Positions 47,801 to 60,465 of a stretch of 64,000 nucleotides of DNA are shown here, one piece after another (position 1 is the first letter of the stretch; the number at the start of each line of letters is the position of its first letter). This DNA comes from Phoronis australis (Eukaryota > Animalia > Phoronida). Under the pieces are notes generated by a model. The model saw nothing but the letters and a program-made list of their open reading frames with translations, ran no database searches and was not told the DNA's origin. A program made the translations under genes and the position numbers. The stretch is taken from contig NMRA01000116.1 in assembly GCA_002633005.1 (NCBI GenBank), positions 342,474 through 406,473 on the forward strand. Direction: 5' to 3'.

Positions 47801-50800
47801 ACAGAGAACCTATAGGGCAGAATCACAGTTGAGACTGAGAAGCAGTCACAAACAATGCACTACAGTGTACTTAACGCTTTTTTGTGAGAGCATGGTGGAT
47901 ATTAACCTGTTGGCTTCGTTTTTTGTTGAGCAAGAAAAAAATTTCCCTTCTTTTCCTCCACCAGTATTACAGGCTATTTGGGTGAGTCATCTAAACGTTC
48001 CACCACACTAGAAACCACAAAAGTCCCTTTATAGAAAAAGGTCCAAATGAACATTTTTGAAGGCCGATATCTGATATCTTTGAAAAAAAGTGACAGTTCC
48101 CTTGGCCATAGACCACGAAATCAACGTGGAAATTTTCATGGTAACTGACCCTCGTACTAAAGAAAAATCAATGTTCAACGCAACTAACCAAGTGGCTCAT
48201 AGAGATTTGCCACCGTAATATAAATCAATAGAAGTTATCCTAAAATGACACAGGCACATAAATAATGCGTTTATCACGTTATGGGTAGCATTGGAAAATA
48301 TAGCAATAATTTTATGCAATACGGATTTCTGTAAAAGTCGACAATTTGAGGCACGGCACAGGGAGGTTCAGTTCTCTTTTTCTAAAGAACAGGGAGCGAA
48401 AAGATAAAATTCAAAACATAATTCCAATAAGCTGGATGGAAATTAAAATTAATAGTACAGAATGCATAAGACAATGAAACGAGCGTATCTCAATATCAGA
48501 GCTGTTCCAGTGCCAACACAACAGAAACAATGTTTCTAAAGTTTTAAACAGATGATATAAGACCACTTCATTTCTCAAGTATTGCCTCACATTTCACAAT
48601 ACTGATCAAAATGTTATCTTTTATTTCGGGAAACACATTTGATGCTCTGAATTTGTAACAGAACAGGACAGATGGCCTTCCAAGAATGCCATGACTTCAA
48701 AGCAGTGTAAGTTCATATTTCAGATGAAGTCAGCGAGTTCAAAGACTATCGAAAAGACCCATTACATCCCTAAAATGGCAGAGCAATTACACAAACCTGA
48801 ATTGTAAGCATACTGACAATTTGAAATGTGTAACAGGGATTTACTATCAAAATACAACTCAACTCTGTGACCATATCACCCCATCAAATGTAAATTCGAA
48901 GTACACTTAAGGCCCTTTCATATTGACTTAACTCCGGTCTGACGTAAACAGCGTAGTTAACTGGACCGTTCACACTGGCTTCCGTAGTTAATGAAAATCG
49001 AAGTTAACGGTAGGTGACGCTGTCGTCATCAAAGTTATCGCAAGGTAGCGCTGCACGCTAAGATTTTTTTCAATGTGACAACTTGGGAACATTTACATGT
49101 GCTAATTGACATTAAACTTATTTTTAAATTGAAATTGGTTATTATTAGAGCAAGATATAAGCAGCTATTAGTGGCGACACTACCCTGTAACTGTTGACGA
49201 TAACAGTGGCACCTGGCGATAAATTCCATTGGACCAAAGTTAACCATTCATACTGCACCGCGTCGACACTACACTGTCACATCCACTTGTTAACTACGAT
49301 GTTAACTGGAGCTGTTAACTTCGATCCAGGACCAGAGTTAAGCGTTCATACCGACTGCAACTCCCCAAACCATCAACGCGTCGACGTTAGTATGAAAGGC
49401 CCTTTAGAATATAGTTTTAACCAAGCAGAAGCGATATGTCCACACTAGTGTAAAAAGCTATACATTAAAGTGAAACAACCAGGCAAACTCTGTCTAGCCC
49501 ACACCATTATAGACCTCTTTTTCACCCGCCTCACCACCATCTCAGTTCCAAGCAGTGCAAGAGGTATGTTTTGAGCTGCAGAAGTGTTTTATTTTTTGTC
49601 GCAGGTCATATTTCAGCACACAAAGAGGGAGGTTGTCACCAATGATACTGGCCTTCATGACATCAGTCCGTGCCTAATGTTTAATTTCATTCTCCGTGGC
49701 TTTCAAACGCGTAGTCAACATACTTCCTTAGTGGTCCTGTCACTGCTAAACTAGGTCCAAGGATTCTCGGCACTCTTTGCTACAGTCAGCACATTTCGAC
49801 TTAACATTAGTGTAAAACTTTTAACATTATGTAGGCCTTGGGCACCTTGGAAAATGCATCTCAGAAATGGCTGAACGATACAATACTATGCTATGCTTTG
49901 TATACTTTTTTCCAAAAATGCAGTTGGAAATTGTTTTAGAACGTTCCGCTTTTGCATAAGCGGCTGGCAAAAATAGGACTTATACGACTTTCATAAAAAT
50001 TTCTAAAGTTGCATAAAACAAAACAATATCTTAAAAAACTGGAACAGGATTTTTGAGATTTTTTCTTGAACATTTCTGTGAAAGTTGGGAACATTATTGG
50101 TCCTGTTGTTTTGCTGTGAATGTACCTTTCTTCTTTGGCTAAATTTTCTTAAAAAAGCGAGGCCACAAGACCTAATAACTGGCAGATTGGTATACCTGTA
50201 AGTCAAAAACCAAATTCTACAGAATTTCTACCTTTTATGGGTTAAAGGGGCCTCTTCAATAAGGTCATACATAAACTTAATTTATTGTAGTTGCAGGGAC
50301 ATGTTAGTGTGTTCCTTATGCTATAAACTGTCTCTGTATTCTCATAATCTTCACAGCTGGCATGAGTTGTTTAGTAAGTTGTAAATGTCTTGACCAATCC
50401 ACCCTTTGTGTTAATACATCCCATCACAATTCTGTTTACCATAACACCTGAGTTTTGACTACACAGACTATAGAGACAGCTTTTGTAAAAACAAAACATC
50501 TTAATGCCTTGCTTTTGAATAGATATTTATCAGTAGATGTTAGTATTAGGCATAGTGGGAATTATTGTCTAGCATTCTTGTTAAGAGGTGTTGTTTACAC
50601 AAGTTGACCAAGCCATCCTATGTGCTTATATTTATGATGTCACTCTAGCAAACACACAGGTGTTTTGTTTAATACCATGTGTTCACACTTCCTTTAGCTT
50701 GATTTCAAGCTGTTGGTGCTTAAAAGGTTGTTTCTTAAAGTTTTAAAACAGGAGCGTTTTCAACAAAAAGAAGACATTTCACTTTTATAACACTGCACTT

Positions 50801-52437
50801 AAATTTGCCTAAGGGTCACTTACCATACACAGTAATATAAACCAGGTAGCACCTAACTCACGAAATATACTAACACAGGTACCACGTAGCCCATGTAATG
50901 TAATAACACTCTAGTAATATAACACAGGTGGGTAATATAGCAACATGAGTGGCAACTATAGTTATGTCACATAATACGGGTAGCAGCTAGCCCAAGTAAT
51001 ACAATAATACGGGTAGCAGCTAGCCCATGTACAGTAATACTAATAACACAAGCAACAGCCACCCCATGTAATATAATAATTAACACAAGCAGTAGCTTGT
51101 CCACATTATAATAGCGCAGGTAACAGCTAGTTGTGTAATATAACTTGGGTAGCAGATAGCCCATGTAATATAATAACACAAGTAGCACTTAGCCCACAAT
51201 ATAATAAGACAGGTTGTAGCTAGTTCTGTCACACAACATGAGTAGCAGATAGCCCATGTAATAAAATGATAAATGAACACTGGTCTGTTTGCTCATAGCT
51301 TGGAAAAAGAATGCAGTCAACCTGCACAATGTGGAACCCTTCAATAAAGACAGAACACAAAGGTTCACCTATAGGAGTGAACTTTCAGTTTCAATGTTTG
51401 TGCTCTTAACAGGTGCTGAGAGACACAATAATATAAGTTTTCTGTCAAGCACATAAATCCGTTATTAATAAGATGGCTGTAGGCCTTGTTTAAAAGCCAG
51501 ATACTGATACATGATGCATCTGTGGTAGAAATGTACTGTAAAATACATGTAATAGAGTGAGGCTCTTCACAGATAAAAACCACCAGAACAGAGGTCTTCT
51601 ACTGGAGTGAGTTTAACTCAACTTAAATGATTAATCAGCACTTGTATTGAACAATGATATTCATTCACTATATATTTGTATCAAGAAGTAGACACCTACA
51701 TGTGTTGCACTCACAAGTGAGGGGTCAACATCACAACTAAAATAGCCCAGTACAAAAACAATAGACTGCTGGAGGTTAGGTACACATACTTTGTTCTACT
51801 TCTACTTCCATGTTTACATGAAAAGGAACAGATCTTACAGCAACTTTTCAGGAACCTTTCCCCTCTGTTAGGAGTACCACAAAGCTTATCTTTCACTGTT
51901 GTAGCCCCTGACTCACAAGAAGTTGAAACAAGTTTGGGCACAACTCAATTACCAGTTTGCCATAAAAACATATAGAGGTCCACATTTTAGAACTTGAAGA
52001 ACCCTAGGAAATGTTCATGGCATGCTCTGCAGATGGAAGGCAGACTGCATAGTTCCAGACATGCTTTATCTGAGGTCAACTAAATACAGTCAAATTATAA
52101 CACACGTTTTGCATTTGTTCTTGTAAGGTTGCATTGCAATTGGTCTGACCCCTTCTGGAATTAATTCCTCAATGTTAAACTTTATCAGTCCCTGATATGT
52201 AAAGCAATTACAAGCAGAGTGGTTAGGAATAAAATTAAACTGACAACACCTACGATAAACCATCAATTTCAAATTTCAAGATTCAGTCGTTTTCGATAAA
52301 ACGCGTAAACTATGTGCTGATGACTCCGAAGAATGAAACTGGCTCTCAAACCAACTTACCTAAAACATCCATAGACAATAAGAAGCACGGAGATCACGTA
52401 AGTGGACAGTCTGGACGAGTCCATCATGGAGTATGCC
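32822..52437 (-). CDS. SPPL3: Signal peptide peptidase-like 3 (GxGD intramembrane aspartyl protease), 5'-partial
   Basis: Exons 52360-52437 ([26 protein letters not shown]), [exon 3 not placed], 43921-44040, 43109-43187, 38572-38684, 37384-37490 (LIYDVFW, YD motif), 36145-36305, 34444-34640 ([10 protein letters not shown]), 33993-34102 (QPALLYLVP), 32822-32890 ([11 protein letters not shown]...FMEV*). All GT-AG and phase-consistent from exon 4 on. Confidence 0.96.
34987..35345. mobile_element. Kolobok-like non-autonomous element, copy 2
   Basis: TTAA|AAGGAT...ATCCTT|TTAA (TTAA TSD intact); homologous to 20798-21165. Confidence 0.7.
35606..35680. mobile_element. Small MITE, partial copy 3
   Basis: TGATGCCTGTTATTCATTGGAGAAAACTGGTTCTCAAAATGCGGGCATGTTATATC, homologous to 26378-26495. 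Confidence 0.5.
36335..36435. repeat. 25-bp tandem repeat, 4 copies
   Basis: TACAGGTGAGATGACCAACA(AA/TG)GAG repeated. Confidence 0.9.
38437..38474. repeat. (TA)n/(TATG) microsatellite
   Basis: Directly visible. Confidence 0.9.
47458..47747. other. Assembly gap (290 N) next to a C-rich tandem repeat
   Basis: N run; the left flank 47331-47457 repeats GTACT(T/C)TCCC(C)TTGACCCC...AAGTGCCC. Confidence 0.98.
48910..49403. mobile_element. PIF/Harbinger-like MITE
   Basis: TIRs AGGCCCTTTCATATTGAC / GTTAGTATGAAAGGCCCT flanked by TTA on both sides (48907-48909, 49404-49406); internal repeated GTTAAC motifs. Confidence 0.7.
50830..51265. repeat. Degenerate ~33-36-bp minisatellite
   Basis: Recurrent TAATATAACACAAGTAGCAGCTAGCCCATG-like unit. 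Confidence 0.8.
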
Positions 52438-53885
52438 CTAAAAAGACAATACATTCAGGAGTCAGAGATAGGTCCACGACAGCTTGCAAACAATAATAGG
52501 GGAGTTTCAAGCATCAATGTAGTCACTGATCAAATGTGCCAAGATATTCACACATTCACTGCAAAAGGTCATTAAATGGAGTCAACATGTTTCCATATGC
52601 CACCCGCAGTGAAGAAGTACTTCCTGCTACAGCCAGGTGGCGATAACAGTCACCGGTTCTACGTGATCAGTGAACTCTCATTGCTGATAGTCTCCTATTA
52701 GGCAACAAGACCTATGTATACACTAAGGTAGACATAGGGAGGCAACGGATACGTAAAGTTCTACGCGAGTCAAGAGGGTTCCAAAGATATTTTGACGCAT
52801 TTCCCGCAGCCGTCACCATCGTTATCACCAGCGCTGTAGCAGTCACCATTACGCTCTCGACTCGGAAAAAATGACCACACATTATTGCTTATTAAGAACT
52901 GAGCCATGAAAAACTGGCCTGTGTATGTACCCGCATACATGCGGTGCAAGCAACTTGGCTGAAAGCAAGTTAGGTATCATTCTGCTTCCATGTTCCGAGC
53001 ACAAGATATTACGATCTTTCAAAATTTGGAACACCAGAATCCAAGCTAAAATTGAATTTACCTCAATTCCGAAAATATGGGGCACGGGCGATTTTTGCAT
53101 GTACCATACTTTTCAAATTATGGACGAGTGTGTTTTTGCACAACAGAAACCTGAAAATAAACTTTTGTAAGTTCGTACCAATTGAATGCTTATTATTTAC
53201 ACGCAAGTAAAAATTGCAGCCAGTGCCATTGAATTTGGGATGCACAATATTTTGAATTTCTCAAATTTGATATAAGCTACAACCTTATAATCATTTTTTC
53301 ACTGTCCCAAGTAACAGAAAGTGCCTTTATACAGTAGGCTGAGTATGGCCTAACTGACACTAACTGGTACATACTCAGTGAGGGCCATCAATAAAAACTG
53401 AACAAATTAACATTGTATGTAGGTTAATGTGTTGACTTGAGAACACTGTCATGTACAGGACTAAGTTTACTATCAAACTTCTGATGCAGAAAAAGCCTGG
53501 AACATTCAGAAATGAAACCTGAACTTAACAACACAACATGCACATGACAGATTAACCCTGTTGCCAGGAATATTAGAGTGGAGTCATATCAACAACACTG
53601 AATAGCAACCACACATTTATTTTCAAGCTCAGGTCAAATTTTCCGGTGTCAATGTAATGAACAATGTACAAATCAGTCATTGTGAGGAGAGCCTGTTCTG
53701 ACATCATTCCTACTTATGGTGGTTGGTTGGCCCTTGTAGTTATGCCTCACTTGAATATTATTGTGACAAATACGGCACAAAAACCGACGAACCACTTCTG
53801 GGTGTATAACCGAGCAAGCGTACAGCTCGACAGGTTACATTACTTCCGCCTTGTCTACTTTGTGTCCACGTTACCACTTTCACTG

Positions 53886-53962
53886 GGGCAAGTTACCCTA
53901 CGGACGTGTCAAGTTACTCTACGGACATGTCAAGTAACCCTACGGACATGTCAAGTTACCCC
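53886..53962. repeat. 21-bp tandem repeat, ~3.5 copies
   Basis: GTCAAGTTACCCTACGGACAT repeated. Confidence 0.9.
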
Positions 53963-54988
53963 AGCACAAATAGCATCCACACTACCACTGACCCTGGTGA
54001 CAACTCATTCTAGGACTAACTTGTTCTAGACAGGGTTCGTAAGTGCAGATGCTATCTATGAGGAAAACTGTATAAATGAGATAAAAACAAGATTTGGAGT
54101 ACCTTAAAGTGATTTATTTATTGAACCGATAAACAATCTTTGAATACAATAAGAAACTTATTACAAGCATCTATGGATGCTTAGGTTAACACCAAGTCAA
54201 ATTTGGTAGTAAAAATCCCAGGTCGCCAAACGAAATATCAGGTCGCCAAAATAAACTCCATAAAATACGTTCAACTAGAAAAAAGGTCGCATGACCATAA
54301 CATGCTACATTTGCGGTATCTTACGTGTACCTCTCCAAATTCTCCCTGTACCTGTCCATATGTACATTCATTCTCTAACTCAATTCCTCCCATCGACGAA
54401 CAAATGTAAGACACAGACCATCGTACATATTTGCCCGATTTTTGCCACACAATGCCGACTTCCGTCTGTTTACTTCCTGTTGTAACCGTGTTTGATGTGT
54501 GCTCACTGCTGTGGTGGCAAATGCACTAATTTCATGAAATAAATGGCACAATTCCTGTATTCCACACTTCTTGGCCCTGAGGTAAGGTTATATTGATTGT
54601 ACAATGGAGGTGCTGTGCACACGACGGGCTTCGCTGTCTTCTGTCCTTCAGAACCATGAGGAAGGAAGGAAATGTGACATCCTGCGTCCATGAATACTTA
54701 TCCAGCATATCCCACTTCCTTAAGTCGGCATTGCAGCCCACGGCACAGCAGTAATACTTTCCTTGACATGACTTAAATATGACTTAAAATATAAAGTAAC
54801 CAGACGACAGATGCTAACACGTGAATCTCCATAAGAGCGAAAGTGAGGCTGCTGAACAGCTGACCAGTCTGCCGTATCTGGAGGTGTGTCGTTATTTCGT
54901 ACCTCACAGCATGAGAGACCTATCAGTGTGGATGGCGAAAATTGTGAATCAAATTCAACACGAACTTTGAAACCAATTTAGGAGGGAT

Positions 54989-55553
54989 TAATGTCTGACT
55001 TTCATACTCGCAGTGGCGTCTTCGTGGCAACTTGAGATTTTTCCCAGGTCGCAGCTAGCATAGAACCACACCTTGAAGGCTTCAACCATTTGTAGCGCAT
55101 CTAAAAACCAGTTCTTAGAATTCACTGGAAACCCAAGTCAGAACCTTCAGTCACAGTCACAAATCCAGGGGCATGCAGCTTGAAAATTAAGAAACTAAGT
55201 TAAACCCTTCAAGGANGGTCCGCCAAATTCGGACACCACAAAATGATATTTCGCGAGATTCGTCCAAGAATGAATTTTTTCTATTGGAATTAATTTTCAG
55301 TGTCCGAAAATCACGCGACTTTACCGTAATGTCTGACTTTCATACTCGCAGTGGCGTCTTCGTGGCAACTTGAGATTTTTCCCAGGTCGCAGCTAGCATA
55401 GAACCACACCTTGAAGGCTTCAACCATTTGTAGAGCATCTAAAAACCAGTTCTTAGAATTCACTGGAAACCCAAGTCAGAACCTTCAGTCACAGTCACAA
55501 ATCCAGGGGCGTGCAGCTTGAAAATTAAGAAACTAAGTTAAACCCTTCAAGGA
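54989..55553. repeat. 227-bp direct duplication (54989-55215 / 55327-55553) separated by an N and a MITE end
   Basis: I see two substitutions between copies; single N at 55216; spacer ends ...CGCGACTTTACCG|TA. Confidence 0.9.
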
Positions 55554-58500
55554 GTCGGCGAAATGAGACCCTTACCTTTTAGAGGATGAGCGCAATCACA
55601 ATGGACCCATTTATTGGGAACTTCTGTGAAAAATCAGCCCTTTGTACAAGAGTTTCCTCAACATAATCCTTTGGAGTGGAGGGGTTGTAAACTCTCAATG
55701 TTTATTCACTGAATCAAATCAAATAAAAAGCATTCAGCTGGGTTTTTTCAACTCAATAGGCCATAACAAAATGTGAAACCCTTCTGTTGCAAAATGCATT
55801 CTCCTGAAGAGCCCAAAATATGAAGCCATTTGCATGGAATTTAACTGGAAAAGGCACCCTTTCATAGGGAATCTGGTTCTAAAGCAACCCATCTAAGTGA
55901 CATGTCCCATATTTAAGCCCCCCTCCCCCTCACAGAAAGACTGGCCAAATGTGCTTACCATATTCAATTCTCTTAGAAAATTGACTTTGAATCGGCCTGT
56001 GGTAGCACTTGCTTTGTTATACATCAGTCAAAAAGCAACACCTGCTGCTTTTGCAGACAATTACATCTCTCAGTGCAACTGGCAACATGTGGCCAAAACT
56101 AAATGGAAGTGGAATAAATTGCAAGCAAACACTTCCCCTCGCTGTATTGGCTTACATACAGAATTATTTCAATTCAACAGCTGCTGCACTCTCAATCTCA
56201 TGCTGTTATTTTAGGAGATTTCTAGCCACAATGGTGACCTGTGGCTGACCGACATGCTCAAGTAGCCATAGTGTAACTTAAGCTTGGGTCACTGTAGCTC
56301 CATAGTGTTCTATGCCATACTTCAGCAGTACCATCCTTTTCACCGCGGACTGATCAGCAGAACCACACTACGGGCTGCCGTGGAGATCCTAAGCTGTATG
56401 TACAGGTGACTTTTTAAAAATATATCAGGGTATTAAGAGTACATTATATGACCTATTGGGGCAAATAGTGCTGTTTCAAATTACTATCCCAACTGCTGCA
56501 TGCACAGATCCTCAAATTAGTGCCGTGTGATCTGAGAACCACGCAAATTACTATTACACACCGTCAACTACAAAGTTAAAAGTTTTTTTAGGTTACAGGG
56601 AAAACAGAACATGTTCTTCATTTTTCACTAAAACACTACCGGCAATGGCGATGTCGTATTAAAATACCGTCTTTGGTTTCAGTGAACAATGGCTTGTGAC
56701 AACAAAATTCTGTAGGTGTGAATTGGCACTGGATGCATCACCGTGGTCGCCTGTTTTCGCAGGATCAATGGAAGCTCACCGAAACAGTCTGACAACTAAA
56801 AGTTGGGCTCAGTGACTCATAGTCAGAGAATGCAACTATGAATGGAGCCCAGCATCAGGTTGTCTTCACAGTTCTGGAATGAATTTGGTGACCAGAAGAT
56901 TTTGTTTGGCGACCTGGTAAAAGCCCAAGTCGCCATGATGCGACCGTGCAAGGAAGAACACAGAGGAGTGTTGGGATTGCAAAAGCTCGTTGATGACTCG
57001 TGCACATTTAATTTGTCTTGAACTGGAGTCTGAGCCTAATATAGAGCCTGAAAGGTGGAAATTCATGATTAATGGGCTGATGACATACTTCTGATTTGTC
57101 AAGTAGCAATGCTCATATTAGCAAGTCCACCTTAAAGTACTCCTGAAACCAATTCTACATGAAGTGCACCACCAGTGAAACTGTGTTCTTATTGTCATAT
57201 TGAGTCTTTATAATAATTTGAATGTGTAGGAAACGATAACAATGCAGATTTTGTATTTCAACTAACAAACTAATACACAAATATGAATCACTGAGGAATC
57301 ACCACAGTAATTTCTTTTTTATTTAGAACACTATTTTTAACAAGTAGTTAATGGTGCTCGTTCTTCATCAGTATACTATTGAATGATAACGCTTTTCACC
57401 AAGAGATAGTCAGAAAAGCTGATCCATTGTATCAGGAAGTTTCAAGCACTTGCTACACATAATTCATCCACTCAAGGGCTTGCTCATCCATTACATAACT
57501 TCTGTGTACAAAAAAAATCAGAATGCTAAACAAAGTGGTAAAAGCATAACCCAAGACCTGTTCTTTTACGAATACCAACTGGTTACTTTAACCCACATGT
57601 TCACGTGAACTGGCTCACGATTTTCTGAAAACTCACCACGACATTGCACTAGCAATATACACAGCAGAACAAGTCCTTGCTCCAAGCTCAACGTATTCCC
57701 CATCAAAGAAGTCAGGAACATGTTTCACAAACATAATGAACCAGAACAAAGCTTTTGAAGCTGGGTGTAATTGCACCTGCACTATAATATGTACATGTAC
57801 CGTATATCCACTGGAAGTTTAACAAAGAACCAGCAGCTGAAGATGAGCAGTACAAGAACTACCATAAGCTATATAATTACTTGGCACAGGTAAATGGCTG
57901 TAACAGTGCTCCTCACTGACCTGCAGGGTAACAGGTGGTTTCATGCAACAATCATAACTTCTCATGAGGATTCTTTATCATGGCCATGTAATAATTCCGA
58001 GATACTTCCTAACACTACCGTATCTAATTTATCATCCTCTTTTGTTCCCAAGCTACCTGAACAACATGGGTCAAGAACGCATGAAAAAAGGTCCAACACT
58101 CGCGAACACAGCTCATGAAGCAGTTGACTCAGTTTCGATGACTCATAAACATGGTGCTGCACTCAAAAAACATTGTTTCTGCATCCAAAAAGCATGCCTC
58201 CAGAACTGCAAACACAGCTTCTAGACAAGCTAAAATTTCTGGTTTCCATAATGCCACCTAGAGGCAGGAGGTGAATGTTTACAAAGATGCTTTCTTGTAT
58301 TGGTGACGTCACATGGCTGCGAACAGCTTCAGGCTAACAGAATCTAGATCAAAGTCATTGACAGATCTAGTCGAACCTTGCTACAAACAAATATCAAGAG
58401 ACCTTCCAATTCTAAATGACAAAAGGTCTATGATCAGGGCAGACTTACAGACTATTTCCCTCTTGAATTACTATTTGTAATCTCTAATGTCATAGGCCTT

Positions 58501-59764
58501 CAAAAACCTTAAAGTAAAATACGTTTCACATCCTGATATTGGTAGTGCCATGCAGCATTTACAACGCAGTGAACTGTCAATTGAATTAGCGCATTGCCAA
58601 TATTCAATTTGCACACCATGCATGCCATTTAAAGCTTTTTTGCGCAAACTTCCCCGACAAATGCAGAAAATCTTGACAGCAGAATTCAGTGTGAAATTCT
58701 GTGTCCCACAGTCAAATAAATTTCCATTTAAAACTGCAATTCTCTGTTTAGCTATCAATGTTGAATTCTTAATTGAAGCACTTGAGGTTTAAAAACATTA
58801 CCAAGCTAATATGACCTTGAAGTATAGCCGAATGAGTCTGTCACTAAAGTCAAAGGCACACATTTACCATTCTCAAATCCGCAATGTTTTGATTGGCCAA
58901 CCGAATTATTGATGAATATTCATGCCAATGTACAACACTTCAGTAAAGTTTAAAAAGTAAAAATCACATTGATCATGAGAACAACTTTCACATAAAAGAC
59001 CCTCAAAAATTTAGTAGGCCTGGGGAATGAACAAGACTGTATCCAATCTATTGGGGTACAGCTGCCACACACCATACTGTGTGAACAGATGTTTCAAAGC
59101 ATTTGCTAAATCAACAAGGCCTTGTGTCATAAGATCACAGGTGGTCAGCATCTGAGGTCAGAACATTGCTGTCCACCATGACAATGGCAAGATATTTGTA
59201 ACACATGTCCAACAAATAAGTGCTAAGCAGGAAGCGGTCCAATGGTGAGGCCTAGTATTATGACCAGTAGATGTTTTGCCATGCAAATAAATGCAGTGAT
59301 AAAGGGACCATTTGAGGGCCCTTCCCATACAGTTAACTACACTACTATCGAAGCTTCGAAGTTAACAGAAGTTAATGGTAAAGATAATCGTTACTGTTCC
59401 CAAGAGCTTTAAATTTATTCCGACAACGAATTCAGTGGAGATATTGCAAGGTGGTACGGCATTTTGCATACGTTCAGTGATTTTCGGCAATGTAAAGAAT
59501 CCAGCAAATGCATGGATAAATTGAAACAGAATGCTTATACATTGCCAAACTAATAAATATCAGAATAAAAGATCAATACATCTTAACTAGTTACCGCCCC
59601 GCTGTTAGCAAACGCAGTGACACTTGCCAATAACTTAGGTGGCTCACGCTGTTCTCATTGTAGCTAAGTGTTGAGGCATCACTATTAAATCCACCCCCTA
59701 ATTGAAACAAACTTGCACTGTATACTTCGATCCAAAACCAAAATGAAAGCGCTCCGAGGAGTGA

Positions 59765-60074
59765 AACTTGGCGAAATTAACCAAAAAGATGACGATAAAG
59801 ATGACGAAGATGACGAATATGACGACGATGGTGGCGAGGATGAACAAAAGAAGTAATAATAACGTACACATGACGAACGTAGAAGTCCGAAATCAGTAAG
59901 AAAAAGGCTACAGTCTTGAGCGACACTTGGCGAAATTAACGGAAAAGACAACGACGGAGATGATGATGAAGATGATGACGAATATGATGATGGTGGTGAC
60001 GATGATGAACCATATCACAACATTCATATGACGAACTTAGATGACATAAATCAATAAGAAATAGGCTACAGTCT
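59765..60074. repeat. Two diverged ~155-bp tandem units with GAT/GAC microsatellite cores
   Basis: ACTTGGCGAAATTAAC...GATGACGAATATGA...GGCTACAGTCT present twice. Confidence 0.8.
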
Positions 60075-60184
60075 AGTTCAATAGAAGATAAACCAACATC
60101 AATGCAGCAAGAGCGCTCAACAAAGGAACAGCGTTATAAGAAAATCTCAAATAACTCGAAAAGTAGACGTCCTAGCGAAAAATG

Positions 60185-60465
60185 GAACGCAGGCCAAAAT
60201 GCCATACATACTGAGCACACGAATGTGTATCTCGCTGGTACTTCATGAAAAGTAGGTCCAGTGCCATACATACTTAGCATATGAATGTGAATCTCGCTGG
60301 TACTTCATGAAAAGTAGACCCAAGTAGGTCCAGTGCCATACATACTCAGCATACGAATGTGTATCTCGCTGGTACTTCATGAAAAGTAGGCCCAGTGCCA
60401 TACATACTCGGCATATGAATATGCATCATGCTGTAACTTCATGAAATGCAGGCCCAATGCCATAG
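60185..60465. repeat. 62-bp tandem repeat, ~4.3 copies
   Basis: TGCCATACATACT.AGCATA.GAATGTG.ATCTCGCTGGTACTTCATGAAAAGTAGG starting at 60200, 60262, 60334, 60396 and 60458. Confidence 0.9.

Noticed and set aside
47342-47832. ORFs of 126-148 aa
   Set aside because: Artefacts of translating through the N gap.
59685-60010. Acidic or Ser-rich ORF-like tract
   Set aside because: GAT/GAC microsatellite within a duplicated unit, with stops and no splice context.
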